A stretch of 32,000 nt of DNA from Gemmata obscuriglobus (GTDB lineage: Bacteria > Planctomycetota > Planctomycetia > Gemmatales > Gemmataceae): positions 7,560,001 through 7,592,000 of the forward strand of contig NZ_CP042911.1 of NCBI RefSeq assembly GCF_008065095.1, read 5' to 3'. This document shows, piece by piece, positions 7,064 to 15,946 of this stretch (positions are counted from its first letter, which is position 1; every line of letters starts with the position of its first letter). The notes beneath the pieces are model-generated. The model searched no databases and was not told the DNA's origin. It saw only the letters and a list, made by a program, of their open reading frames with translations. A program made the position numbers and the translations under genes.

Positions 7064-8850
7064 CACGCGAGTCCGAACGGGGGCGGGAGCGGGCCGGGGT
7101 CCCGGAGCCGCCGGGCCGGGGGCGGGGCCTGCCGGGCGCGGCGGTCGTACAGGGACTTGCCCAGGAACCGCCGCAGGTCCTCCTGCCGGCGCCGCTCCGG
7201 GAACGCGGGGAGGTACTGGGCGTGCTCGCTGTTGCGGCTCACGCGCGTAGTGGCCGGCTGCCCACCGCCCACCGACCACGTGACCTGCTGGATCGCCCCG
7301 TCCGGGTCGAGGGGCACGATCCCGGCGTACGTGCGGTCCGCGGCGCCGGCCGGCGCGTACCGCGCGTTCGCCGCGTTCAGGTAGTAGGTGGCGGCCGGGA
7401 TCAGATCGTCCAGGTTGTCCCCGGTGCCCTTCGGGGACATGTCCTTGATCTGCCGGTTGGTGCGGACGATGCGCACCAGCTCGGGATGCCGCAGCACCTC
7501 CGGCGGGCACCCGAGTTCGACCAGGCCGGCGAGCGTGCCGCCGTACATCCACCGCTCCGGGACGCGCCCGACGACCGAGCGGATCGTGAACCCGGTGAAC
7601 AGGAACAGGTCCGGCGCGAGCTTCCGGCCCCCCGCGTATTCGTACATCTGGCGGCCGAACGTCACCAGCCCGCGGGCGCCGTCGATGGTGGGGCGCCACG
7701 GCAGCACCTGGGAGCGGTCGGTGTGGTCAAAGGCCCGCGGCAACTCGCTCCGTGTCACCCCGTCCGCCGGGGCGATGTACACCTTCCCGCACGCCTCCGC
7801 GGGCTCGGTCATCGGCTGCCCCAGCAGGTCCTTCTGCCGGTAGTAGATGACCGGCCCGAGGACGAGCTGGTCGCGGTCGCGGACCCGCCCGTACCCGCCC
7901 ACGTTGGGGCCGTCGACCGCCGAGTTGACGACGTCGGCCATCTTCACCCGGAACGTCCGCCACACGTGCCGCCGGGCCAACTCGCGGGCCTCCTCGGCGG
8001 TCAGCTGGTTCGTGGCCGACGCCTCGAACATGGTCTGGGCGTTGCACTGGCTCCACCCCCGCGGCGGGCGGTAGCTCAGGTCGTCGATGTGCCGGACCTC
8101 GCCCGACTTCTCCAGCCCCACCGGCTCGAGCGCGAGCCAGTCGTGGTAGACGGTGGGGCCGCCGGCGAGGACGATCGTGTTGGGCCGCTCGGGCAGGTCC
8201 AGCGTCGTGCTGTTGCTGACGAAGGGGAGGTTGTCGGGCAGCGGCTTCCCGGCGCCGGCGGGGGCCAGCAGCACGCGGTTGGCGACCGGCTGGTACACGA
8301 CCCGGTACCCGACCTCGGCGGCCAGCGCGGCCAGCGCGGACGCCGGCACCTCGTCGTCCCACTCGACCGGCACCGGCACCGCCGGCGGCGGGTCGATGAG
8401 CGGCGCGGTGAGCTCGTTCATGGCCGCGAGGCAGTCGGCCATCAGCAGGTGCGCGGGCCGGTACGTGCCCGGGGCGTACGGCCCGCCGGCGGCGATGTAC
8501 TCGCCCGGCGGCAGGTTCGTGAGGTCCTCCTTGCTCGCGAGCTGGTTCCAGTTCCCCGAGATCGCGCCGTACCGCCACATCCAGCGGCGGTCGGCGATGT
8601 GGAGGACGACGGTGCGGCCGCCGGCGGGCGAGGCGCCGAAGCTGACGTCGGTGACCCGGCACCGGTCCAGCTTCACGGTGCCGACGCCGTCCGTGATGAC
8701 CAGGGTGCCGAAGCTGCGGACGGTGCGCAGGTCCTGCTCGGGGATCTCCAGGGCGGCGATCCCGGGGCCGACGTCGTGGCTCACGGTGTACGTGCACGAC
8801 ACGCACCCGACGGCGCCCGGCCACCACGCCTGCCCCAGCCGCACGCCCAT
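7063..8850 (-). CDS. Distal tail / baseplate-hub-like structural protein (595 aa)
   Basis: It lies in the tail module downstream of the tape measure and is translationally coupled on both sides (TGAcATG upstream, TGATG downstream). I recognise no specific family. Confidence 0.6.
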   Translation of the reverse strand: MGVRLGQAWWPGAVGCVSCTYTVSHDVGPGIAALEIPEQDLRTVRSFGTLVITDGVGTVKLDRCRVTDVSFGASPAGGRTVVLHIADRRWMWRYGAISGNWNQLASKEDLTNLPPGEYIAAGGPYAPGTYRPAHLLMADCLAAMNELTAPLIDPPPAVPVPVEWDDEVPASALAALAAEVGYRVVYQPVANRVLLAPAGAGKPLPDNLPFVSNSTTLDLPERPNTIVLAGGPTVYHDWLALEPVGLEKSGEVRHIDDLSYRPPRGWSQCNAQTMFEASATNQLTAEEARELARRHVWRTFRVKMADVVNSAVDGPNVGGYGRVRDRDQLVLGPVIYYRQKDLLGQPMTEPAEACGKVYIAPADGVTRSELPRAFDHTDRSQVLPWRPTIDGARGLVTFGRQMYEYAGGRKLAPDLFLFTGFTIRSVVGRVPERWMYGGTLAGLVELGCPPEVLRHPELVRIVRTNRQIKDMSPKGTGDNLDDLIPAATYYLNAANARYAPAGAADRTYAGIVPLDPDGAIQQVTWSVGGGQPATTRVSRNSEHAQYLPAFPERRRQEDLRRFLGKSLYDRRARQAPPPARRLRDPGPLPPPFGLA

Positions 8851-8851
8851 G

Positions 8852-10159
8852 TCACATCCCCGCCGCCGTGTACTTCTTGTGCCGCCCGAACCCCCACCAC
8901 GCCACGTCGGCGCCGCGGTCGTCCGGCCCCGCGGGCGGCCGGCACTCGTACCACTCGACGGGGTTCGTGTACGCCACCGGCGCGTCCCCCGCGCCGCCGC
9001 GGCTCCCGGCGAACAGCCGCAGGGTCGTGATGGTCAGGGCGGCGAGCCCGCGCCGGTACGCCTCGCCGCCGTTCTCCAGCAGCGCGACGGTGCCGGTCCC
9101 GTCGAGGTACAGCACCCCGCCGCGGTTCTTCAGGGACCCGCTCACCGGCCCTTGTAGCGTGAGCGTGCCGTCGGTCTTCACGACCGTGGCGGCGCCGTTG
9201 AGGACCTCGACGGTGCCGCCGGACTGGTCGAGGTTGGTGAGGGTCAGGTTCGGGCCGCACCGGACGACGGCGTCCGAGGACACGCTGGTGCGGTAGCTCA
9301 CGTTCAGGTCCGCGACGGTGCCGGCGTCGCCGGGCAGCCGGTTCACCCCGACGTACCCCTTGAACACGTACACCGCGGCCGTGGCCGCGAGCTTCAGGTC
9401 GAGGGCGTCCCCGCTCGCCTGCTCCGGCTGCCCGGTGTCGCGCACCGTGACCGTGGTCGATGCCGGTGACAGGTCGAGGCGGACCCGGCGGCTCGCGCTC
9501 TCGACGTCCGCAACGGTCGCGCCGATCCGCAGCCGCCGCGCCCGGTACTCGGGGTAGCCGGTCTCCGGGCTGCTCGCGTTCGTGTGGTCCGGAAGCCCGA
9601 TGGAGGACGAGCTCGGGTAGCCCGGCAGGATCTTGAGGGACGCGAGCGTGACCGCGCCCTGGTCGAGGCCGTACAGGATCGACGGCCCCTTGGCGATGGT
9701 CACGTCGTCGCCGGTCGCCGGGACCGCGTTCTCCTCCCAGTTGGCCGCGACGCTCCAGAAATTGGGGCCGCTCGCGGCGGTCGCGACGGCGCCGGTGGTG
9801 GCCGCGGTGCCGCCCTGGATCGTCTGGGCGTCGGCCGCGGTGCCGCCGGCCTCGAGCGGGGCGAGCGTGACCTCGAAGTCCTTGCCGGCGGTGTCGTGGG
9901 TCAGGGTGAGCGTGGTGCCGTTCGCGCTGGCCGTAATTTCGGCGAACTCGGGGTAGTTCCCGCTGTCGAGGTTGTTCCAGGCGGTGGCGACGTTGGCCAC
10001 CGCGGTGGCGGTGGTGACGGAGCCGACGGCGAAATCGGCGCGCTTGCCGTTCGCGAAGCTCGCGCGCACGAGGTCGTCGGCCTCCCACGTGCCGCCGAAC
10101 GCGAACGTCACCACCTTCGCCACCCGGGGCGCCGCCCCGGCCCAGTTGCGCGCGGCCAT
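8852..10159 (-). CDS. Tail protein with beta-helix-like repeats (435 aa)
   Basis: GAGGAG SD upstream of ATG 10159. The protein has Thr/Gly/Val/Ala-rich repeated strands (GGTVEVLNGAATVVKTDGTLTLQG...) typical of beta-helical passenger or tailspike folds. It sits in the tail module. Confidence 0.6.
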   Translation of the reverse strand: MAARNWAGAAPRVAKVVTFAFGGTWEADDLVRASFANGKRADFAVGSVTTATAVANVATAWNNLDSGNYPEFAEITASANGTTLTLTHDTAGKDFEVTLAPLEAGGTAADAQTIQGGTAATTGAVATAASGPNFWSVAANWEENAVPATGDDVTIAKGPSILYGLDQGAVTLASLKILPGYPSSSSIGLPDHTNASSPETGYPEYRARRLRIGATVADVESASRRVRLDLSPASTTVTVRDTGQPEQASGDALDLKLAATAAVYVFKGYVGVNRLPGDAGTVADLNVSYRTSVSSDAVVRCGPNLTLTNLDQSGGTVEVLNGAATVVKTDGTLTLQGPVSGSLKNRGGVLYLDGTGTVALLENGGEAYRRGLAALTITTLRLFAGSRGGAGDAPVAYTNPVEWYECRPPAGPDDRGADVAWWGFGRHKKYTAAGM

Positions 10160-10168
10160 TGCTGCTCC

Positions 10169-10885
10169 TCACCCCGCGGGCCAGCGGTTCGGGACGCCCG
10201 CCAGCGGGGTCGCGGACACGAACCGGTACGCCCAGCTCACGGGCCAGTCGACGTACACCCCGTTGCGGAGCCGGGGCGAGCCGAGCGTCGGCTCGCCGTC
10301 CACCTCGAGCTTGCCGGGCCACAGCGGGGCCGGGGGCGTCGGGTACCCGGTCAGCCCCACCGCCTGCCCGATCTGGGTGGCGCGGAACGCCGTGTACAGC
10401 GCCAGCACCTGCTCCTGCGGGGGCGCGTTCGCGCACTCGACCACCGTGCGCCGCGGGCCGCCGCCGCTGAACGCGAGCGTTTCCGTGAACGACCGGAGCA
10501 GGTTCTCGCCGCCGCCGGCCGGGTAGTCGGCGGTGGCGACGATGGAGTAATCGACGAACGTGGTGAGCTGGGCGCCCGCGCCGCTCGGGTAGCTCGGCGG
10601 CTTGACGATCTTCACCCCGGTCGTACTGCCCGCGTTCGGGAGCTGCCACACCACCGTCGGCCCGTCCGCCAGCACCAGGTCGCGGTACCAGACCGCGTAC
10701 GCGCGCTCGAGCTGCACCATCTTCACCGCGAGCGCGGCGGCGGTGTCCGCCTGGAGCTGCCCGGAGATGGTCCAGGTGACCCGGCGGGCGTAGTACTGGC
10801 CGGCGTCGTTCTCCAGCGCCTGCTGGTCGACCGCGACCGCGCACTCGCCGTCGTCGTGCTGGTAGCTCCCGTAGCGGACGATCAC
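10169..10885 (-). CDS. Minor tail protein, possibly distal-tail (Dit)-like by position (238 aa, GTG start)
   Basis: It is the first gene after the tape measure in the late direction and is preceded by promoter-like motif S1. No family recognised. Confidence 0.55.
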   Translation of the reverse strand: MIVRYGSYQHDDGECAVAVDQQALENDAGQYYARRVTWTISGQLQADTAAALAVKMVQLERAYAVWYRDLVLADGPTVVWQLPNAGSTTGVKIVKPPSYPSGAGAQLTTFVDYSIVATADYPAGGGENLLRSFTETLAFSGGGPRRTVVECANAPPQEQVLALYTAFRATQIGQAVGLTGYPTPPAPLWPGKLEVDGEPTLGSPRLRNGVYVDWPVSWAYRFVSATPLAGVPNRWPAG

Positions 10886-10914
10886 GGCGCGAACCCCCGG
10901 TTGGCCCCGGGTTC

Positions 10915-10944
10915 AGTGTGCGGGAGGGGGTTGCCCGGATGAAA
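10915..10944 (-). promoter_or_regulatory. Late promoter-like motif S1 (TTTCAT-N18-CACACT)
   Basis: The minus strand reads TTTCAT CCGGGCAACCCCCTCCCG CACACT, 29 nt upstream of GTG 10885. Confidence 0.5.
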
Positions 10945-11057
10945 GGGGGCGGCGCGCTAAGTCCGGTCCCGGGAAGCTATTGGCGCGATCCCGCCGATCG
11001 GGTCCAATACCCCGGTGTGTGAGTGAGGGGCGGGACGGCGCGCGGGCCGCCGCCGCC

Positions 11058-11074
11058 GGTGCGTGCGCCCGCAC
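11058..11074. repeat. GC palindrome, imperfect copy (GGTGCGTGCGCCCGCAC)
   Basis: It differs by one mismatch from the palindrome at 15065-15082 and 19972-19991. It lies 11 nt upstream of the lipoprotein ATG and about 110 nt from S1. Confidence 0.4.
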
Positions 11075-11085
11075 TAGGGTGTCGC

Positions 11086-11688
11086 ATGCGCTGGCTCGTG
11101 TTTGTAGTCTCCGTCCCATTGCTAACTTGTTGTGGCCGCCCAGCGACTGATGAGGCTTCGTCAGCACCAGCCACTCCGGCGGCTGTGGTTGATGATTTTG
11201 AGTCCGCCTTTAGCGCTGCGAAGCGAGAAATAATCGCTGCCACAGCAGACGGTGATAAAGAGGCTGAGCTATTACGGTTGCTCGACCTTAAGGATCGTGA
11301 ACTCGCGCATGCCAAGATGGCAGCTGTCGAGGCTAATAAAAAAGATGGGAGTGATGACGATGTTCACTGGTTTGCCGCGAATCGTCTGGCGCGCTGGCAC
11401 ACGGCGCGTGTGATGTCGCGTGCCGCGAATAGCCAGGATTTTGTGCGTGTTGTCCGCGCCGTATGTGACCGAAATGCGCCAGAGCGGCCAAATAAGTTCC
11501 AGCTTATCCAGTTCATGATTGACTGGGGCGCGGCCGATTCGCTGCTCCATGTTGAGGCAGTCGATTTTTTTGTGACCCATCCGAGGCGCGTCGAGGAACT
11601 CTCCCCCGGCGCGAAGGACCGGCTTCTGCGTTTTGCAGGCCAAGAGGCGATGCTTTTTGTGCCACAACAAGCCCGTACGGAACCTTAG
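11086..11688 (+). CDS. Putative secreted lipoprotein (200 aa), low-GC cargo gene
   Basis: The signal peptide MRWLVFVVSVPLLTCCGRP has a lipobox-like LLTC. GC is visibly lower (about 50-55%) than the flanks. The gene is on the opposite strand to the late genes, and its stop overlaps the tape-measure stop (TTAG). Confidence 0.6.
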   Translation: MRWLVFVVSVPLLTCCGRPATDEASSAPATPAAVVDDFESAFSAAKREIIAATADGDKEAELLRLLDLKDRELAHAKMAAVEANKKDGSDDDVHWFAANRLARWHTARVMSRAANSQDFVRVVRAVCDRNAPERPNKFQLIQFMIDWGAADSLLHVEAVDFFVTHPRRVEELSPGAKDRLLRFAGQEAMLFVPQQARTEP

Positions 11689-13361
11689 TTTGCCCGCTCA
11701 ATACGCCCGCGCTCGGAGTCGAGTTGCGGGCGGCGGAGGTCGATTTGGAGCTGCTTGATCAGCGCCTCACCGATCAGCTCCTTCAGGTTCATCTGCTTGA
11801 GCTTCTCCGCCATGACCGCCGCGAACTGCTGCTCGTCGATCTGCACCCGGACGTCCACCTTGGCCTTGAGCTCCTGCTGGAGGCCGCTCAGCGTGTCCAG
11901 GTCGCGCAGGCCCGCGAGCTGGAAGAGTTCCTTCAGCTGAGGGTCGTCCTTCACGTCACGCGTCAGCTTGTCCTGCACCAACCCGGACGTGATCGGGTTC
12001 GCCGAGAGCCGCGACAGCTCGTCGGCGGTGACGTTCTCGCGCCCGCCGGACTGGAACCGCTTCGCCGCGTCGAGGAAGTCGAACTGCTCGGACTTGCTCA
12101 GCGCGCCGTACGCCTGGGCGCCGCCCTTGGCCTTGGCGTACTCCTCGTCCAAGATGGCGAGCTGCGTCTTCATCGAGTTTGTAACGGCCTTCCGCAGCTC
12201 CGCCTCCTTCTGGAGCAGGGTGAGCTGCTTCTCCTTGCTGGCAGTGATCTTCTCCTCCAGGATCTGCAGCGCCTGCCGGGCCTGCCGCTCGGCGCGCTGC
12301 TCCTGGTTCATCGCGTCGAGGTAGCTGGAGTCCGTACCCGTGGCCCCGCGTGGCCCGGTGTCCGAGAACCGGGCCACGCGGGGCCCCACGTAGCCCGCGA
12401 TCCGCTCGAAGATCGGGGTCGCGGGGGTCCTCAGCAACCACGGCATCCGGGACACGTATACGTCCGCCCGCAGGTCCTTCGCCTCCTTCTCCTCGGCGAG
12501 CGTGCGCTCGCGGGCGGAGTTCCACCGCCTCCACGTCGAATCCACCTCACGGCGCGCAAATCCGACGTCGCTGTATGCCGATGTGGCCCCGGCCGAGGCC
12601 TCTGCAACGCCACGCCGGGCCATCTGGACCGCCTCGTCCGCGGCCCGCATCCGCGGGTCCTGGTTCTCCTGCACCCCGCCGATGGCGATGCTCGCCGCGG
12701 CGGCCGTCAAGGAATCGGGATGCCGCATCGCGATCCGGTCGCGAAAGTCGAGGTGCGGGTATTTCCGGATAGCATCGAGACGGTTCCGGGCGTCCCGGCT
12801 TTCGCCGTACAGGCCCTGGAAGCGGCGCCGGTACCCGAAGTCGACCTCGCGCTGCGCGAGCTCGACCGGCAGCGCGATTGCGTCGCGGTCGAGCCGGCGG
12901 GCGGTGTCCGGGTCCACCAGGCGGTCGACCGCGTTCTTGGCGTTGGAGAGGAACGCCGCCAGCGCCTCCCCCACCACCGGGATCGCCTTCGCGAATCCCA
13001 GTACCCGCTCCCGGCTCGTGAGCAACTCGTTGTCGAGCTGCCCGAACGCGTGGGTCATGTTGGCGACGGTGGCCGCCACGGCCGCCCCCGTCGCGAGCCA
13101 GCCGGCCGCAGCGCCCGCGACGCCCATCACCCCGGCCCCGAGGGCACGCGCGCCCTGGCCGACGGCCGCGGCGCCGCTGCCGACCTGCGCGAGGATGCCG
13201 GGCTGGCGCGGCCCGATGTCGCTCATTGCCCGCTTCGCCTGCTTGGCGGCCTCGTCCACCTTCTTGGCGTCGGCGGCGAGGAGCTCCATCGCGCGGTGCG
13301 CGACGGTCGGGTCCGCCGTGAGCAGGAGCCGCAGTTCGAGCTGCTTCAGGGTGGGGAGCAC
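11685..13361 (-). CDS. Tail tape measure protein (558 aa)
   Basis: It lies immediately downstream of the frameshifted chaperone pair. It has long helical, charged segments plus Gly/Ala-rich hydrophobic segments (GAGVMGVAGAAAGWLATGAAVAATV). The GTG start lies 1 nt downstream of the preceding TGA stop (TGAcGTG). Confidence 0.8.
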   Translation of the reverse strand: MLPTLKQLELRLLLTADPTVAHRAMELLAADAKKVDEAAKQAKRAMSDIGPRQPGILAQVGSGAAAVGQGARALGAGVMGVAGAAAGWLATGAAVAATVANMTHAFGQLDNELLTSRERVLGFAKAIPVVGEALAAFLSNAKNAVDRLVDPDTARRLDRDAIALPVELAQREVDFGYRRRFQGLYGESRDARNRLDAIRKYPHLDFRDRIAMRHPDSLTAAAASIAIGGVQENQDPRMRAADEAVQMARRGVAEASAGATSAYSDVGFARREVDSTWRRWNSARERTLAEEKEAKDLRADVYVSRMPWLLRTPATPIFERIAGYVGPRVARFSDTGPRGATGTDSSYLDAMNQEQRAERQARQALQILEEKITASKEKQLTLLQKEAELRKAVTNSMKTQLAILDEEYAKAKGGAQAYGALSKSEQFDFLDAAKRFQSGGRENVTADELSRLSANPITSGLVQDKLTRDVKDDPQLKELFQLAGLRDLDTLSGLQQELKAKVDVRVQIDEQQFAAVMAEKLKQMNLKELIGEALIKQLQIDLRRPQLDSERGRIERAN

Positions 13362-13362
13362 G

Positions 13363-14105
13363 TCACAGCCCCTTCAGAAGTGAGCCGAGGGTCAGGAGCC
13401 CGTGCCGCGCCCGCTCGGCCCGCTCGGCGGCCGCTCGCGCGCCGCGGATGATGGCGGCGTTGCGGCGCACGATCGGGTCCGGCGGGAACGCCCCGACCGC
13501 GTCGCACTCCAGGAAGTGCAGGTACGCGGCGCGGTTCTTCTCGCTCAGGTCCTGGGCGCTCGCAGGCACCGGCTCGTCGCCGGGCGCCACCTTCGGGCAC
13601 CACTGGCACGGGGGCTTGACGCCCCGCGGCCGCGCCACGGGCCGGCCGCCCCGTTCGACACGGTGCCCGAACTGGCCCGGGCCGCGGTCGTGGTACAGGT
13701 GCCGCGCGCAGTCGTCACACGAACGCGCCGCGATCTCCGGGTGAAGGAGGAGCACTCGCAGCGCGAAGATCAGTTTTTTGCGTCTTTGGCCTCGTCCGCC
13801 GGCTCGTACCCGAGGATCAGGTTCGCCGCCCACGCCCGCACCGCGGGCACCAGCCGGGCGACCTTGTCCGGGTCGCGGTACTCGCGCCCGTTGATCGAGA
13901 CGAGCTGCCGCCGGATCAGGTCCGCCTCGGCCGCCTCGTGGACCGCCGCGTCCGGGGAGGCCATCTTCTGGCGGAAGACGTGGCGCTCCTTCGCGAGCGC
14001 CGGCCGGTAGCTGATGGTGAGTTCCGGGTGCAGGCCCGGGACGGCGGGGACGGTGCGGACGGCGGTGTAGCCGTCCGTAATGAGCAGCGGGTCGGTGTCG
14101 TGCAT
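13363..14105 (-). CDS. Tail assembly chaperone, -1 frameshift fusion product (gpGT-like)
   Basis: The zero frame runs 14105..13773. After a -1 slip at A_AAA_AAC it continues as KKLIFALRV... to 13363. The extension ORF (track 13363..13833) has no convincing start or SD of its own. Confidence 0.65.
13770..14105 (-). CDS. Tail assembly chaperone (gpG-like, 111 aa)
   Basis: It lies between the tail tube and the tape measure. It has an acidic C-terminus and ends ...DAKN-TGA, with the slippery heptamer forming its last codons. Confidence 0.7.
   Translation of the reverse strand: MHDTDPLLITDGYTAVRTVPAVPGLHPELTISYRPALAKERHVFRQKMASPDAAVHEAAEADLIRRQLVSINGREYRDPDKVARLVPAVRAWAANLILGYEPADEAKDAKN
13773..13779 (-). 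promoter_or_regulatory. Programmed -1 ribosomal frameshift heptamer A_AAA_AAC
   Basis: The minus strand reads GCA AAA AAC TGA. The X_XXY_YYZ register is correct for the zero frame. The -1 frame stays open for about 136 more codons. Confidence 0.65.
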
Positions 14106-14107
14106 GG

Positions 14108-14983
14108 TCAGCCCGTGGAGTCGTTGGTGACGGCGATCGGCGGCGCCCCGCCGGTGGTGCGGCGGGCCGTGCCCGCCCAGGTGAGGTCGCGCGGCCCCCG
14201 CTGCCCGAGCGGCAGCGGCTGCTTCGGGGCCGAGACGCCGGCGAGGTTGAAGGCGATGCTGCGGTTCCCGTTCGTGAACATCGCCACCACCGCCACGCCG
14301 CTAATGGCGCTGCCGTACAGGGCGGCGGTGTCCCCGTAGGGCAGGCTCAGGTTCACCCCGACCATCAGGTCGGTGGCGCTGATCGAGCTCGGCGTGACCG
14401 AGTTGTTGAACCGCACCTGCAGCGCGTTGTTGATCTCGATCGAGATGGAGCGGAACTGGTGCGCCTGGCCGCCCACCGTCAGCACGCAGTCGGACATGAC
14501 GTACGGGCCGGCGTCGTCGTCGATCGCGTCGGCCTCGGTGGGGTCGGTGTCGACCGCCTCGTCGATGCCGACCACGTCGAGCGCCAGCCCGAGCGGCCCG
14601 CCCTCCGCGGCGCTGAACACCGCGCGGTTGACCTTGAGCCCGTTGTACAGGTGCTTGGTGCCGTCCCGGTAGGTCTTGACGAACCGCGCCGGCACGGCCT
14701 CCGCGAGCGGGAAGGCGTCCGCGTTCTCGTTGCCGCCGAGGATCCACGGCAGCAGCAGGTCCAGCTCCGAGGCGACGGGCGCCATTTGGATCGTGCCGGA
14801 CACCTGCCGCTGGGTCTCGCGCACGCGGCCCGCGCTGTGCTGGCGCGTGCCGCGGATGCCGTTGGTGTCGGTGAGGGTTTGGTTCAGCCCGAGGGTCGTG
14901 CCTTCGAGAAACTCGATAGCGGTGTACGTGGCGTCGTCGGCCGACAGCCACATGCGGTCGAACGTCCCGATCTGCTCCGCCAT
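14108..14983 (-). CDS. Major tail tube protein candidate (291 aa)
   Basis: It lies directly upstream of the chaperones and is the first gene after motif S2. It has a GGGGGTGAGGTG SD region. Composition and length fit siphovirus tube proteins. The family is not confirmed. Confidence 0.6.
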   Translation of the reverse strand: MAEQIGTFDRMWLSADDATYTAIEFLEGTTLGLNQTLTDTNGIRGTRQHSAGRVRETQRQVSGTIQMAPVASELDLLLPWILGGNENADAFPLAEAVPARFVKTYRDGTKHLYNGLKVNRAVFSAAEGGPLGLALDVVGIDEAVDTDPTEADAIDDDAGPYVMSDCVLTVGGQAHQFRSISIEINNALQVRFNNSVTPSSISATDLMVGVNLSLPYGDTAALYGSAISGVAVVAMFTNGNRSIAFNLAGVSAPKQPLPLGQRGPRDLTWAGTARRTTGGAPPIAVTNDSTG

Positions 14984-15028
14984 GACAGCACCTCACCCCC
15001 AGCGGAACACGCGGCCCGGTGAGGCCTT

Positions 15029-15058
15029 AGTGTGCGGGGGCGGGTTGCCCGGATGAAA
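15029..15058 (-). promoter_or_regulatory. Late promoter-like motif S2 (TTTCAT-N18-CACACT)
   Basis: The minus strand reads TTTCAT CCGGGCAACCCGCCCCCG CACACT, 45 nt upstream of ATG 14983. Confidence 0.5.
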
Positions 15059-15064
15059 GTGGCC

Positions 15065-15082
15065 GGTGCGGGCGCCCGCACC
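15065..15082. repeat. Perfect 18-nt GC palindrome GGTGCGGGCGCCCGCACC (terminator-like stem-loop or operator)
   Basis: It starts immediately after the stop (15083-15085) of the upstream minus-strand gene. It lies 6 nt upstream of the -35-like hexamer of S2 (5 nt from the extended CTTTCAT). Confidence 0.45.
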
Positions 15083-15562
15083 TCACGCGCGCGGGAACCG
15101 GCCCACGCAGTTCACCACCAGCGCCGTGGCGAGTACCTGGAACAGCGGCGCCTTCTCGTCCACGATCGGCCCGCTGTCGCCCACCTCGCACACCGCGACC
15201 TGGGCGACGCCGGCGAGCCGCTGGCGGTTGAGCGACGTCGTCACCAATCTCCTGAACCCCGTGAGGTCCGTCGGCCCGGTCCGCTTCTCCCCGTGGCTCT
15301 TGCCCGAGCCCAGCAGCATCACTGCGACCGGGTAGCCGCGGCCGTCCTGGCGGTTGGTGCCGAACTCCGGCCGCTCCTGCTCCGGGCCGACGCAGCACAC
15401 CACCCCGCACGGGCGCGTCAGTCGCGCGGCGTCGTCGAGCTCGTCCACCGCGTGCCACGGGAGCGGCGGCGCGGCGAGTTCGGTGGCGAGCGCGTCGGTG
15501 GCGGCCTGGAGCGCCGCTCTGACGGCGTCGCGGATCAGCACGTGGTAATCGGTGATGGGCAT
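15083..15562 (-). CDS. Hypothetical virion protein, possibly head-tail joining or tail terminator by position (159 aa)
   Basis: ATG 15562 is preceded by GGAAGGA. The track ORF starts further upstream (15640) and would overlap the preceding gene. No family recognised. Confidence 0.5.
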   Translation of the reverse strand: MPITDYHVLIRDAVRAALQAATDALATELAAPPLPWHAVDELDDAARLTRPCGVVCCVGPEQERPEFGTNRQDGRGYPVAVMLLGSGKSHGEKRTGPTDLTGFRRLVTTSLNRQRLAGVAQVAVCEVGDSGPIVDEKAPLFQVLATALVVNCVGRFPRA

Positions 15563-15599
15563 CGGTCCTTCCGGTGGGGCGAGGCGATGAGAGCGGCCG

Positions 15600-15944
15600 T
15601 CACACCGGCACCGGCTCCAGAACCTGCGGCTGATACCCACGGGCCGCGAGCCACGCGATCACATGAACCTCGCGGTCGTATACGGCGGGATCGACCGTAT
15701 GCGCCGCGCTGCCCGGGATCGCGGCCGTGAGCCCGCCGAGCGCCGCCACAGTCTCCGGGCCGCACGGGGCGCAGCAGCCGTAGGCGGTGGGGGCCGCGCT
15801 TGCCGGGCCGGGGAATGGCACGAGGGGGGCCGCGAACGAATAGGCACCTGCGGCCGGTGGCGAGGTCAGGTAGGGCGATACGGCTGCTTCCGCGAGGTCG
15901 CGGGTGCCAGCGGGGACGATTGCGATAACGTAAACGGCTGGCAC
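15600..15944 (-). CDS. Hypothetical protein (114 aa, GTG start)
   Basis: An Ala/Pro-rich small ORF in the correct strand and frame context between neighbouring genes. Support is weak. Confidence 0.4.
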   Translation of the reverse strand: MPAVYVIAIVPAGTRDLAEAAVSPYLTSPPAAGAYSFAAPLVPFPGPASAAPTAYGCCAPCGPETVAALGGLTAAIPGSAAHTVDPAVYDREVHVIAWLAARGYQPQVLEPVPV

Positions 15945-15946
15945 CG

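Noticed and set aside
7064-7699. N-terminal extension of the Cys-rich protein to 775 aa (track ORF 5372..7699).
   Set aside because: The extension is Arg/Pro/Gly-rich and completely overlaps the 3' end of gene 7063..8850. ATG 7063 forms a TGATG coupling junction with that gene's stop.
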